This document shows, piece after piece, positions 12,974-24,346 of a stretch of 64,000 nt of DNA. Source of the DNA: Octopus sinensis (lineage: Eukaryota); the NCBI RefSeq assembly GCF_006345805.1, contig NC_043016.1:12896001-12960000 (forward strand). Direction: 5' to 3'. The notes under the pieces are model-generated. The model was not told the origin of the DNA and searched no databases. It was given only the letters and a program-made list of their open reading frames with translations. Position 1 is the stretch's first letter, and each line of letters starts with the position of its first letter. Position numbers and translations under genes: made by a program.

Positions 12974-13049
12974 GGTTTCTCTTGTAAATTTCAGCACTTG
13001 GTTCTCCCTGGTGATGAGATTAAGTGCTGTCAATTTACAATGGTAAATT
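12974..13049 (+). ncRNA. Candidate pri-miRNA hairpin (predicted pre-miRNA about 12985-13039)
   Basis: Hand pairing gives a stem of about 33 bp, including 9-bp and 8-bp perfect blocks, a 9-11-nt loop, G.U pairs favouring the + strand, and a CNNC motif at 13055-13058. No match to miRNA families I recall. Confidence 0.45.
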
Positions 13050-13251
13050 ACAGGCTGCCGCATGCAACTCTAGTAGTACATCCTGAACCTTTGCTGAAAA
13101 GGTATTTATCTTAACACATAAGGAATAACTAATATGTATTGTTTTTATTACATAAAAAAAAAAGAAAAGGTGTATGTGCGATTGGGAGGGCAGAGTATTG
13201 TTTACATAGAATTCTTTTTATTTTTGTCTTATCTGAAAGAATTTAACTTAA

Positions 13252-13471
13252 CCCTTTCGTTACTGTATTTATTTTGGGATGTTCTGTGTTTCTTTCAATT
13301 ACTTTAAATATAACAAAGAATTTAGTAAAATAACTTAGTTATCACTAAGCTAGTGTTAGAAACATAAATTGTGACTAAGGTTTGGTGGAAGAATTTAATT
13401 CAGAACTTATGTAAACATGGCATTTGTACTCAGAGCCAAGGCTGGTTTCAGCCGGGTTGGTAACGAACGGG
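13252..13471. mobile_element. piggyBac-type MITE family A
   Basis: TTAA TSD on both sides (13248-13251, 13472-13475); TIRs CCCTTTCGTTAC / GTAACGAACGGG. Confidence 0.9.
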
Positions 13472-14429
13472 TTAAGTAGTTTATCTTGGTATTCATTTAG
13501 CTCTAAAATTGTGAAGCACAATAATGATAATAATGGTGGTGATGATGATAGTGATAATGATGATGATTAGAATTATAAGAAAGTGATAATTATAGAAATA
13601 ATTGTTGAGATTTGAAATATTATCTTTACAATGTAATAATTGAAAACAAATGGACCAGAATTTTTTCCAGTGTCGACATTGTTCTTTACCTGAAATTGGC
13701 AAAATAAATCTTGCGAACTTATGCAATATCATGTTTAAGTCCTCGATATTCCTATCTTTACTAAAAGATCCTTAATCGCTATATAAAATCACAATTTCAT
13801 GTGTGAATTAAGTTGATATATACATACATACAGTACACTATATACACTATTATACATTGTCTGCATGAAAGAATATGTGTGTGCACATGTGCATACGTGC
13901 ATGCATGTATATTACAGTAACTCTGCCTTTATTAAATCCATTTTTGTTTTTTAAACTACCAACAGAGGAAAACTGAAATTAATGTATGGAAATACTAGCA
14001 TAGTTGTTAAGTGTACACCTTATTCTACACAATTTCCTACAAGTTCACACACACACACATGGAGAGAAGTGTACAAAGGGCATTTTATATATTTCATTTT
14101 ATTTAAAAAATAATTAAATTCTTCCTGTAAAGAAGGAGAAAGTTTTTAACTAAGAAACAAAATTCCATTGCAGGAATTAAACATTACTGACTTGCTACAT
14201 TCTGAATAACCTTGCATATTTTTATATTGGTTTCCTTACAGATTGTATTCGCAAAAAAGTATTTGTGTTGGTTGTTTCTTTGTCTGCCAACACACACTCT
14301 CTTCTCTCTATTCTCTCTATTCTCTCTCTCTCTCCTCTCTCTTTTACATTAGCAACTAGATGTGTGTATGTATTGTGTATATGTTTGTGAAGATTGCAGA
14401 TGTCTGTATGCACACACATATATGTGCGC

Positions 14430-14752
14430 CAGTGGCATGTAAAAAGCACCATCCGAATGTGTTTGTTGCTAGGCCCACCTTACTGGCTCCGGTGCCGGTG
14501 GCACATAAAAGGCACCAACTGATTGCGACTGATGCCAGTACCCCCTGACTAGTTCCTGTGTTGGTGGCACGTAAAAAGCACCATCTGAACATGATGGTTG
14601 CCAGGCCCACTTTACTGGCTCCTGTGCCGGTGACACGTAAAAAGTACCCACTGCACTTTCAAACTGGTTGGCATTAGGAAAGGCATCCAGCTGTAGAAAC
14701 TCTGCCAGACCAGATTGGAGCCTGGTGCAGCTTCCTGGCTCACCAGACCTCA
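14430..14752 (+). mobile_element. SINE family B with four internal GGTGGCACGTAAAAAGCACC units
   Basis: Tandem units of about 60-70 bp, followed by the conserved TTAGGAAAGGCATCCAGCTGTAGAAAC body. Confidence 0.8.
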
Positions 14753-14829
14753 GTGTGCGTGTGTACGTGTGTATATAAATAGTTTACTTTAGTTTCTCCT
14801 GCTCATAAGAGCCAAATCTGCCAGGATCT

Positions 14830-15840
14830 CAACAATGGTCCTCAAGCAAGTTTTTCACAAGGTTGACTTACCTCCTCCTATGTCCCTTCCCTCTTGTCTT
14901 TCACTCTGTGAGCATGTGTAGCACAAAGTGAAACATCTGCCATCTTAGACAGTGTTATTGTATTGCTTACTCTACCTGGCCACTTTCGTGACTTTTTCCT
15001 TTCTGGTTGGCAATAAACACTTTGTAGCTTCTAAGGTTAATGTCTGTGGAAGACTTCTACAATTCTATATTTGGTTCCTCTTTTTCCACATATCATAAGC
15101 ATATAAGTCAATGTTGGTATGATGATGATTGATGTATACAGGGAGTGTTTGGTGCTAATTACACAGGCAAAGTTTGAAGGAGCAAGACTGTGCAGGTTTC
15201 AGGTACTGAAAGACAACCGAAGAGTTACTGAGTCTCTTCTCCACATCATTTTCTGAGATGCTGTTGTTATTGATGTAACTGCTCAGGTGCATGGAGTCAA
15301 TCCTTTTTGAACTTTGGTCTTTCAGCTAGTCTTGTTACTGCTAGGGTTCTCCAATAATCATTTTTTTTTTAATCTTTCCATTGCTGATCCAAAGTCCATT
15401 TGAGTTACTGTTGCTGAGACTGGTCACCAGATCTTGCATTAACTTATATATGTCCCAGATCACTCGTGAATGAATAGTTTGGCACTTCTATACCTAACAG
15501 TTATCCTACATACATTTTGCATGCCATCTCTGCTAGTACACTCTTCCTTCTTGCAGACTACATTCAGTTTGTCTTATACCTTGTTTTTCTCATCTTTGTT
15601 TTTTGCTGTCATTTCCATGCATCGACATTAGCTATCCAGTTGGGCTTTCCTTTACAACTTACGTGCATCCTTTGCATTCATTGACCACATTTTGTTACAA
15701 ATTCAGAACCACATTTCATACACAAGCATTATACAATCTACTCTTCACTTGGAGAAAGAATCCCTTTGTTGCCAGCAGTGGGTAATGTTTCCTTGAACTT
15801 TTTCACCCCATTCTTGTTCTGTCTTTTATGCTTTGAACAC
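14830..15840 (-). mobile_element. Decayed RTE-clade LINE RT/C-terminal fragments (probably two subfamilies)
   Basis: Minus frames give MQDLVTSLSN..GLWIS..KIK, IDSMHLSSYI...SENDVEKRL, KHSLYTSIIIPTLTY, EVFHR and PLLATKGFFLQVKSRLYNACV. Confidence 0.7.
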
Positions 15841-16131
15841 TTTCACCTGCGTTACTGACTACAGTAAATAGCTTTGTGAGAAAACAAAAAAAACAACATT
15901 TTTCTAATGTTTCCAGTGCTAAACATAGGAAGAGCTTGGATAATTATAATTAAGATATGATTACTTCTGACCAGGATGGATTATTGCAAGAATTAGAGAG
16001 ACAAAACTGTTAAGAGGAGGCACTTACAAATGAAGTAATTCATAGAGTACCAATGTTGCGTAATTCATGAGTAACTTAAAAAAAGGAGTCACACACGCAC
16101 ACACACATACACTATCTTTCCATGTGAAATT

Positions 16132-16249
16132 GCGCTTTCCTTTCCAACTTACGTGCATCCTTTGCATTCATTGACTGCATTTTGTTACAAATCAGAACCT
16201 CATTTCATATACAAGCATTATACAATCTTTCACTTGGAGAAAGAATCCC
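16132..16249. repeat. 118-bp local copy of 15642-15764, flanked by a TGTGAAATT duplication
   Basis: High identity to the source copy; TGTGAAATT at 16123-16131 and 16250-16258. Confidence 0.85.
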
Positions 16250-16509
16250 TGTGAAATTAGTTCTATGAGGGACTGTTTGGTAGCTTGGGATGACGCTTAA
16301 ACCAACCAGTTTTGTTAATACTAATTCTTCAGGATCACAAGTTTTCAGGTCCCTCGCGGGGTCTAATTTTCTAGAGAAACTAAATTCATTTAGAGGGCAT
16401 GACTCCCTCACTCTTATATCATTCTCCCCCCTCTCATATATATTCATTCATTCATTAGCCACACTATATTGGTACTGTAATTATATATTTCAGGTCATTC
16501 TCCTCCTCC

Positions 16510-16545
<36 letters not shown>

Positions 16546-16971
16546 GTAAACGAGTTGCACCTAGCACCATTATAAATTAACTGCTTTATTTCAGCATCAT
16601 GGGGGAAGGTGGGGGAGGAGCAGAAAGTGATCCTGATGAATTTTTAAATAACAATTAAACTGATTGCTTTGACCCTCATCCCATGCTGCTGAAAAGGCTC
16701 TCTCTCACTTGTAGGCCTGAATTTCACAGCGAGACTAAATATACATATTTATGTAACTCCATATATTTATTTACAATTGATGTAGTTAATTTCCTTATGA
16801 GAAACTTCAAACAAACTGAAAATAAATCGCTGGCAGATGTATTTTGAGAATGGTTCTCGGTCTTCTGTTTGCTTCTGATTTTATGCCAATTTATAACGCT
16901 ATATCCACTTTCCAGAATTTGTATTTTTTCATGTGCATGTGTTGGGGAAGAGATTCTGACAGAGCTCCTTG

Positions 16972-17015
<44 letters not shown>

Positions 17016-17345
17016 TATTGATTAGGAATCTTTTGTAAATAGTATTCCATTGTCCTCCTTTTTCATTTATAGATATATATATATATATGTGAACTACTTG
17101 TTTTACACCAAATATTTATAGGATTATCTCTCTTTGTATTACCATTATATGTAAACTCTATGGGAACAAATTGTGTGAAATAATTTATGATTTGCATGTC
17201 TGGTATTTTCTTCCTGCATGGAATGTGTGTGTATATATATATATATATATATTGTTTTTAACTGGAATTGACCAGAAAGAACTTATTTTAGTAACAGGAA
17301 CAGCTCAGATGTATATTGACAATAACTATCTTTCTCCTAGTAACC

Positions 17346-17468
17346 TGTCATTCATTGACAGCCATAACTGCTCAAAAGTGTCCTTTCATTGGTGACCATA
17401 ACAGCACAATAATGTCATTTCATTGACGACAACAACTGTCCAGTAATGTCATTTTGTGGACAATAACC
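17346..17468. repeat. Degenerate 33-34-bp tandem repeat, about 3.6 units
   Basis: Units start TGTC(A/C)TT at 17346, 17379, 17413 and 17447; approximate consensus TGTCATTTCATTGACGACCATAACTGCNCAATAA. Confidence 0.6.
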
Positions 17469-18394
17469 AACCTTGGGTTTCTCATTGCATGAGCAATGAT
17501 AACCACCTAGTGATTTCTCATTTACTACCACATTCTCTCATCCTGTCAGTGAAAACTAATATTTCAGGTTTATATTGAGATATAGATTTATTGAAAGTTT
17601 GAATGATGTAAATATTATTTTCTTTTACTTCTTACCATCGGTAATAAAATTTGTACCAGTAAATTACCTAATACAATATTTCCCATAAAAATGATTATAT
17701 TTACTCTGGAAAGATTTCATTTGTGTACACAAGTAGCTCACTTCAAGCCATTTCCTTATTTTCAAAGTATTTCTTCTGTTTGAAGATAGTTATTTCACTC
17801 ACTACCAATAACATCAATTTTAAGGATATAAAAGTTTTTATACTTTACTTGTTTTAGTCATTGGACTGCAGCCCTGTCTTGAAGGGTTTTATTTGAACAA
17901 AAACAAATCCATCTCTCTCTCTCTCTCTTTTTTTTTTTTTGTTTGAAGCCTTTTATATATTCTATTAATCTCATTTTGCTGAACCACTAAGTTACAGGAA
18001 ACATAAAGAAACCAATACTGGTTGTCAAGCAGTGATGGGGGAACAAAGACACATATATACGTGTGTACACCTTATCTATGTATGTCTTTGTATTTGTTCC
18101 CCCATCACTGCTTACAAACAGTGTTGGTTTCTTTGTGTGTGTGTTTGCACACACACACACTCTCTCTCTCCCTCACTCACACAGGGCTTCCACACAGTTT
18201 CCATCTACCAAGTTCACTTTCATTGGCCTAGGGCTATTGTAGAAGACACTTACTCAAGGTTTCATGCAGTGGGACTGAACCAGGAATCATATAGTTTGGA
18301 AGTAAAGTTCTTACTACATAGCCACACCTGTTAATACTTTCTGTAGGTCATCTCTTAGGTAATACAGTAATAGTAGAGAAGTGGTCATTGTCAT

Positions 18395-18656
18395 CATTTT
18401 CTGCTAGCCTTGGCCATTGCCAGCCTTGCCTGGCCCCCGTGCTGGTGGCACGTAAAAAGCACCATCCAATCGTGGCCGTTTGCCAACCCCGTTGGCATTA
18501 GGAAGTGGTTGGCATTAGGAAGGGCATCCGGCCGTAGAAACACTGCCAGATCAGACTGGGCCTGGTGCAGCTTTCTGGCTTCCCAGACCCCAGTTGAACC
18601 GTCCAACCCATGCTAGCATGGAAAGTGGTCACTAAACGATGATGATGATGATGATG
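18395..18656 (+). mobile_element. SINE family B with (GAT)n tail
   Basis: One GGTGGCACGTAAAAAGCACC unit, conserved body, ends AAACGATGATGATGATG. Confidence 0.85.
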
Positions 18657-20277
18657 ATATATATATTGTTGTAGTTAGTCAGTTGTGTATTTGGAGATGA
18701 TGTTATTTGAAGATGGGTTTGAAGGATATTTTTCTGGTATGTATAATCTTTGGTTTGATTTTTATAGTTAGATGCCCTGTGGTTATGATATCAGACTGTA
18801 TGCTTGTAGATCCCAAGTTCAAATCCATTGCTGTTTTTTCTTTTTGTTATATTTCCACACATACCACTTTATTCTGCATTTCTCTAGTTTGTCTCCTTGT
18901 TTTATCTAGTAGTAGCACTTCTGTAGGAACTGACTTCTACTCAGAGAAGAAATAATTAATGAAAAATATTCCCCTCCTGGGCACAGGCATGGCTGTGTAA
19001 TTACGAGTTTGCCTCCCAACCATATGGTTCTAGGTTCAGTCCCATTGCATGACATCCTCAGTACATGTCTTCTATTTATAGCCCCAGGCCAGCCAATGCC
19101 TTGTAAGAATCTGGTAGATGGAAATTGAAGCATATGTATTTGTGCGTGTCTTTGTGCATGTCCTCCACCATTATTTTACAACCTGCGTTTGTTTGTTTAC
19201 ATCCCCATAACTTAGTTCAGGATAACAGACTAAGTATCAGGCTTAAAAAAAAAGTACTTGAGTTGATTCATATGACCAAAACTCTTCAGGTCAATGCTCC
19301 AGCATGGCAACAGTCCAACAACAGAGACAAATCAAAGGTAAAAGTTCTACTTTGTATCATAGAATTAAAAGTTAGTACTGGCCCTTTAAAACCCCCTTTG
19401 ATTTACGAGGCAAAATTTTTTACCTTCTGTTTTCAAACAAAGCCTGTCTTTAATTTAGTCCAGTGGACCAATTCAGATATTCAGTGAAAAGTTACACCCC
19501 TCCTGTCCCTGCCTCCCCATCAGTTAAACACTTGTAAGTAAGCTTAAACAGAATAAGTAGTTACATAGGAAGTCTGTAAAAATTAAATTAAATACTATGG
19601 ATATTATATATATATATATAACGATAATTAGAACCAGTAAGCTGTAAACAAGTGAAAGCTGTCAAGGCAAACATCAGGGGATTATCTTAGGTATTTAATT
19701 TAAAAAAAAAAATTCATTAGTAATACGAAACATTCGTTAGTACAGTATTGAATTTCTTTATCCTGTGATAATTTCAATGTTCCCTTTTTTATCTTTTTGT
19801 TTTTCTCACAAGCATGGCTGTGTGGTTAAGAAGCTTGCTATCAAACCATGTGGTCTTAAGTTCAGTCCCATTGTGCGGCACCTTGGACAAGTATCTTCTA
19901 CTATGGTGCTGGATCAACCTAAGCCTTGTAAGTGGATTTGGGAGGCAAAAACTGACAGAAGCCTGTTGTGTGTGTGTGTGTGTAAAGACTTACTTGGAAA
20001 TGGATGCGTGGCATTCAATCATATGATATAAATAATATATAAATGTATACATACATATATATATTGTGTGTGTGCATATCTTTGTGTGCATTACTTGAAA
20101 TCAGTGTTGGTTTGTTTACATCATCTTAACTTAGCAGTTCAGCAAAAGATCAATTCTGTAAATATCAGGTTTAAAACATAAGTACTGGCTGTGTGGTAAG
20201 AAATTTGATTCTCAACTACAAGGTTTCAGGTTGAGTCCCACTGTGTGGCACCTTGGGTGAATGTCTGCTATAATAGT

Positions 20278-20597
20278 TTTGGGCCAACCATAACCTTCTG
20301 ATTTTGGAAACTTAAAGAAGCCTGCTGTGTGTGTGTTTGTGTAGTTTGTCCCCACCCCCACCACTGCTTGGCAATCAGTGTTGTATTTATAGTCCCATAA
20401 CTTAGCTTTGGGCCAACCATAGCCATCTCATTTTGTAAATGGAAACTGAAAGAAGCCTGTCGTGTGTGTGTGTTGTGTGCGTGTGTGTTGTGTGTGTGTG
20501 TCTGTTCCCCCCCTCCACTGCTTGGCAATCAGTGTTGTATTTACAGTCCCATAACTTAGCTTTGGGCCAACCATAGCCTTCTCATTTTGTGAATGGA
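20278..20597. repeat. Tandem triplication of an internal SINE A segment (units of 129 bp, 154 bp and a partial)
   Basis: TTTGGGCCAACCATA starts at 20278, 20407 and 20561. Confidence 0.8.
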
Positions 20598-21244
20598 AAA
20601 ATAAGTACCAGGCTTAAAAATAAAAATAATAATAATAATAATAATAGAAGTATTGGTGTTAATTCATTTGTCCAAAATTCTTCGAGGCTGTGCTCCAGCA
20701 TGGTTGCAATCTGACGAAGAAAGCAAGTAAAAGAATAATGAAGTCAGACAAAGATTGTTTTCTCTGATGTTGAAAATAGAATTCCCTTTCTCAGATGAGT
20801 GGACTCCTCTGCAGGGTGGTTAATGGTTGGGTAAGTGATTAAGTGAATAGGGATTTCCTCAGGGGTGGAGAACAAATAATATTTTGCTTAATGGATGGTT
20901 GATAAAGCTGAAAGACCTGTTTATGTTATTAAATGAACCAACTTGAAAGTATGCCTTTTGAATCAAGTTGTCTTACTAATGCTGTTTATGGAGCAAAATA
21001 ATTTAGTTTTGAGGTTGTTCTTGTTTTTTAACCCCTGTTTCAACCTTGATGTTTAATCAGATGTGTCAGTTGGAACTCTCTCAACCATCTCTTTTCTGAC
21101 ATACTATATCTAGGACCGCATTAACTATTGTGTGTTTTTAAGGAAGGAGGATGTGCTTATTTTAGCATTTGGATCACTCTGTCAAACATAGTGCTTTGTT
21201 TATTCCCATTAATCGTGTACTGTCTCATAGCTTTGAGATCTCAA

Positions 21245-21524
21245 TGACGTGATTGTTTAATTTTAGAATGACAATGTAAGGTGGGTGTAAGAGGCAAGAT
21301 CAGGCCAGTTTGAACGTTAAAACAGGTAGAATATTTTGGCTAGATATGGCTGATTTATATAGTAAAGGATTAAAACATTTAGCTATGACGTGATTGTTTA
21401 AATTTAGAATGACATTGTAAGGTGGGTGTAAGAGGCAAGATCAGGCCAGTTTGAATGTTAAAACAGGTAGAATATTTTGGCTGGATATGGCTGATTTATA
21501 TAGTAAAGGATTAAACATTTAGCT
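21245..21524. repeat. Tandem duplication (about 141 bp) of a MITE B end plus flank
   Basis: Units start TGACGTGATTG at 21245 and 21386 and differ by only a handful of changes. Confidence 0.9.
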
Positions 21525-23718
21525 GTTAATATTTTTAGCAGTTCAATCAATGATGTGGAATTTTCTTTGTGGTCTAATTAGATACTTCAAAATGTAAAAT
21601 AGTGAATGACCTTCACAAAATATTGTAATTTACATATCACCAGGTAAAAAAAAAATGCATTTCAGTGCTGCTATCAGAGTGTTAGATGAGAGGAGAAATG
21701 TTTCTGTTAGCTGAACAGGACACCAAACAGTTATAGATAACTTTTTCATTTCATCTGGGAGTTATTCTAAGGTAGCATACATACAGATCTAAAACAATGC
21801 GCAATGAAATATTCTAGTTGGAAAAATGATAAAGTTTCTACAATAAATTTGAATTCTTGCCATGAAAAAGTAACCCAAATACCTTACCAGCATTTGAAAA
21901 AATTTTACGTATATTTTCTCATACTTCGGAAGTACTGATCTTTCATTGTTGCATTTTTTAAAACATAAATTGTTTAGATAATTTTCATTTACTATAAAAT
22001 ACTTTGATTTCTTTAGACTTGTCTTTAGGCAGATTTTTGTAGAAGTTATTCACGAGGGAAAGATTATTATGTACAGTGTACTTATAGTTTTTCTCTCCGA
22101 TTGGTGGGAAAACTAGTTTCAGGCACATCACATCTAGTTTCCCACAACTAATTACAGTGCGAGTTTGAACTTGAAACATCAGTTGAGTTGTTGTAACATT
22201 AATCATAGCTGCTCTGGTTTTAGTTTTGCTCCAGAGAAGAGCAGTGTTCAGTGAACGAAGTGAATAATTTGAAAATGGTTGTGCAAGAGTCAGGCATGAA
22301 GGTACCAGTCACCTGATCATGTCCTGTTGCATGGTTTTGTTGAATAAACTGCTGAATATTGATGAGGTGAAAAATAACGTGCAAGTCATGGTTCTGCCTA
22401 TTAAATCATCCCTAACAGACTTGGCCATGGTTATTGTAAGAATGATAGTTTGATGTCTCAAGTTCAAATCTGTGTAGTGATGTACATGCTATTAATTTTC
22501 CTACTAAAATAGGTAAAGAATATTATAAGCATATTGTAGGTCATGACATGTGCTCTTCTTTTTTTGATGGTGGTGGTGGGACAAACATAACTGGCACTCT
22601 GTTGGTTGGAATGATGGATGATTCCAGTTAGTTTGGTCAATGGCACAGTCAGCTCCTGAAATTAGTGTGCCAGTACCAGAGCACTCCACAGACATGTGTG
22701 CCCTTAGTATAGTTCTTGTGGAGATACAGCATGGCACAGAATGTGACAGGGTTGACTCTATGAAATGCAATTTAATTTTGCCAGCTGAGTGGACTGGAGC
22801 AATGTGAAATAAAGTGTCTTGCTCAAGGACACAATGTGTTGCCAGAAAATAAACTTCAACCTTATAACCTTACGATCCAAAATACCCTAACCACTAAAGA
22901 ATAATCATAAAGCAGAACGATTATGGTTGTCATCAACTTAAATGATAATCTTCTAAAACTCTATAAACTTGTAGAAAACACGAAATGATTGGGTTTTTTT
23001 CTGTTTGTTATGAATCTTGAAGCAGATAAGTTATAAAAATTAATGGTGTGGAAAATATTAGGTCGAGAACTCCACGGATAGAAAAAGTAGAACCTGTATC
23101 TCCTGTAAACATGACTGGTGTTTGATTTTGTCTTTACTCAATATTTACTTGCTGTTATTTATAACTTTGTTTGCTTCAAGATCCAATGTTTTAAAAATGA
23201 GTAACTTGTTTCAAGTTCAGACCTGTACTATAGTGACTAGAGGACCATGTTTAGTGATGTACATGCAACGTACCCATTAATAGGGAAAAATAAATGTGCC
23301 TCACTCTTATATTTGTTTTATCACTTTCATGTGAAATGAAATGTGAGACTGGCTTTAGTAAACTTCGATTACAGAACAGTGGTATTGTCTTTCTCATCTG
23401 TACTCCCTTGTCTCTTAGTATTATGTTTCTTTTAATAATCTGAAACATTTAAAATGTTTAATAGAAAAGAAATTCCATTCAAAAATAGTTTATAAAATAA
23501 ATTCTATTTTTCAGAAATTCCAAATTTAAAATAAACAAAAATAATTATAGAATCAGTTTACAGCTAGTTGGCCATTAAAAGGTTAAGTGTTTGCCATGGT
23601 CACAGATAAGTGCCATTATCTGGATGTGCTCTGTTAATCTGTAGATTAGGTTCCTATTATGATGGTTCTGTCATTATGGTTTCATGTAGTTATCAGTAGG
23701 ATTAAAGACACTGAGTAT

Positions 23719-24346
23719 TTAACCATTTTGTATTTAAACTGGCCGTATCTCACCCAAACATTCTACCTGTTTTATATTCAAACTGAGCAGGTTTAGCCTC
23801 TCACATCTATTCTACATCATTATAAAAAATAAGCAATCATAGGCGCAGGAGTGGCTGTGTGGTAAGTAGCTTGTTTACCAACCACATGGTTCCGGGTTCA
23901 GTCCCACTGCGTGGCACCTTGGGCAAGTGTCTTCTGCTATAGCCTCGGGCCGACCAAGCCTTGTGAGTGGATTTGGTAGACGGAAACTGAAAGAAGCCCG
24001 TTGTATATATGCATATATATATATATATGCGTGTGTGTGTTTGTGTGTCTGTGATTGTCTCCCTAGCATTGCTTGACAACCGATGCTGGTGTGTTTACGT
24101 CCCCGTCACTTAGCGGTTCAGCAAAAGAGACCGATAGAATAAGTACTGGGCTTACAAAGTCCCGGGGTCGAGTTGCTCGATTTAAGGCGGTGCTCCAGCA
24201 TGGCCGCAGTCAAATGACTGAAACAAGTAAAAGAGTAAAGAGTAATCACATCATCAAAATCTCAAAATAATGCATAATTAATTTAAAACTATGTGAATGA
24301 ATTAAGCATTAAATTTAACAGAATAACCTGAATACTAAAGGATTAA
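23719..24346 (-). mobile_element. Complete MITE B (TTAA at both ends) carrying a nested SINE A
   Basis: The MITE sequence resumes exactly across the SINE; TTAA at 23719-23722 and 24343-24346. Confidence 0.75.
23841..24244 (+). mobile_element. Young full-length SINE family A
   Basis: Intact head AGGCGCAGGAGTGGCTGTGTGG with CpGs retained, tail AGAGTAAAGAGT, short AATCA duplication. Confidence 0.92.

Noticed and set aside
13006-13097. C/D snoRNA (GTGATGA at 13011, CTGA at 13083 or 13094)
   Set aside because: No convincing terminal stem or D'/C' pair, no rRNA-antisense element I recognise, and the C box lies in the loop of a much stronger hairpin.
22282-22453. Bulged hairpin (22282-22331) and short ORF MSCCMVLLNKLLNIDEVKNN.. 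(22319-22453)
   Set aside because: The hairpin has several bulges and is too short for a pre-miRNA; the ORF has no recognisable homology or good acceptor.
23841-23920. tRNA genes (A/B boxes at many sites)
   Set aside because: These are SINE heads continuing into family-specific bodies; I could not fold a full cloverleaf.
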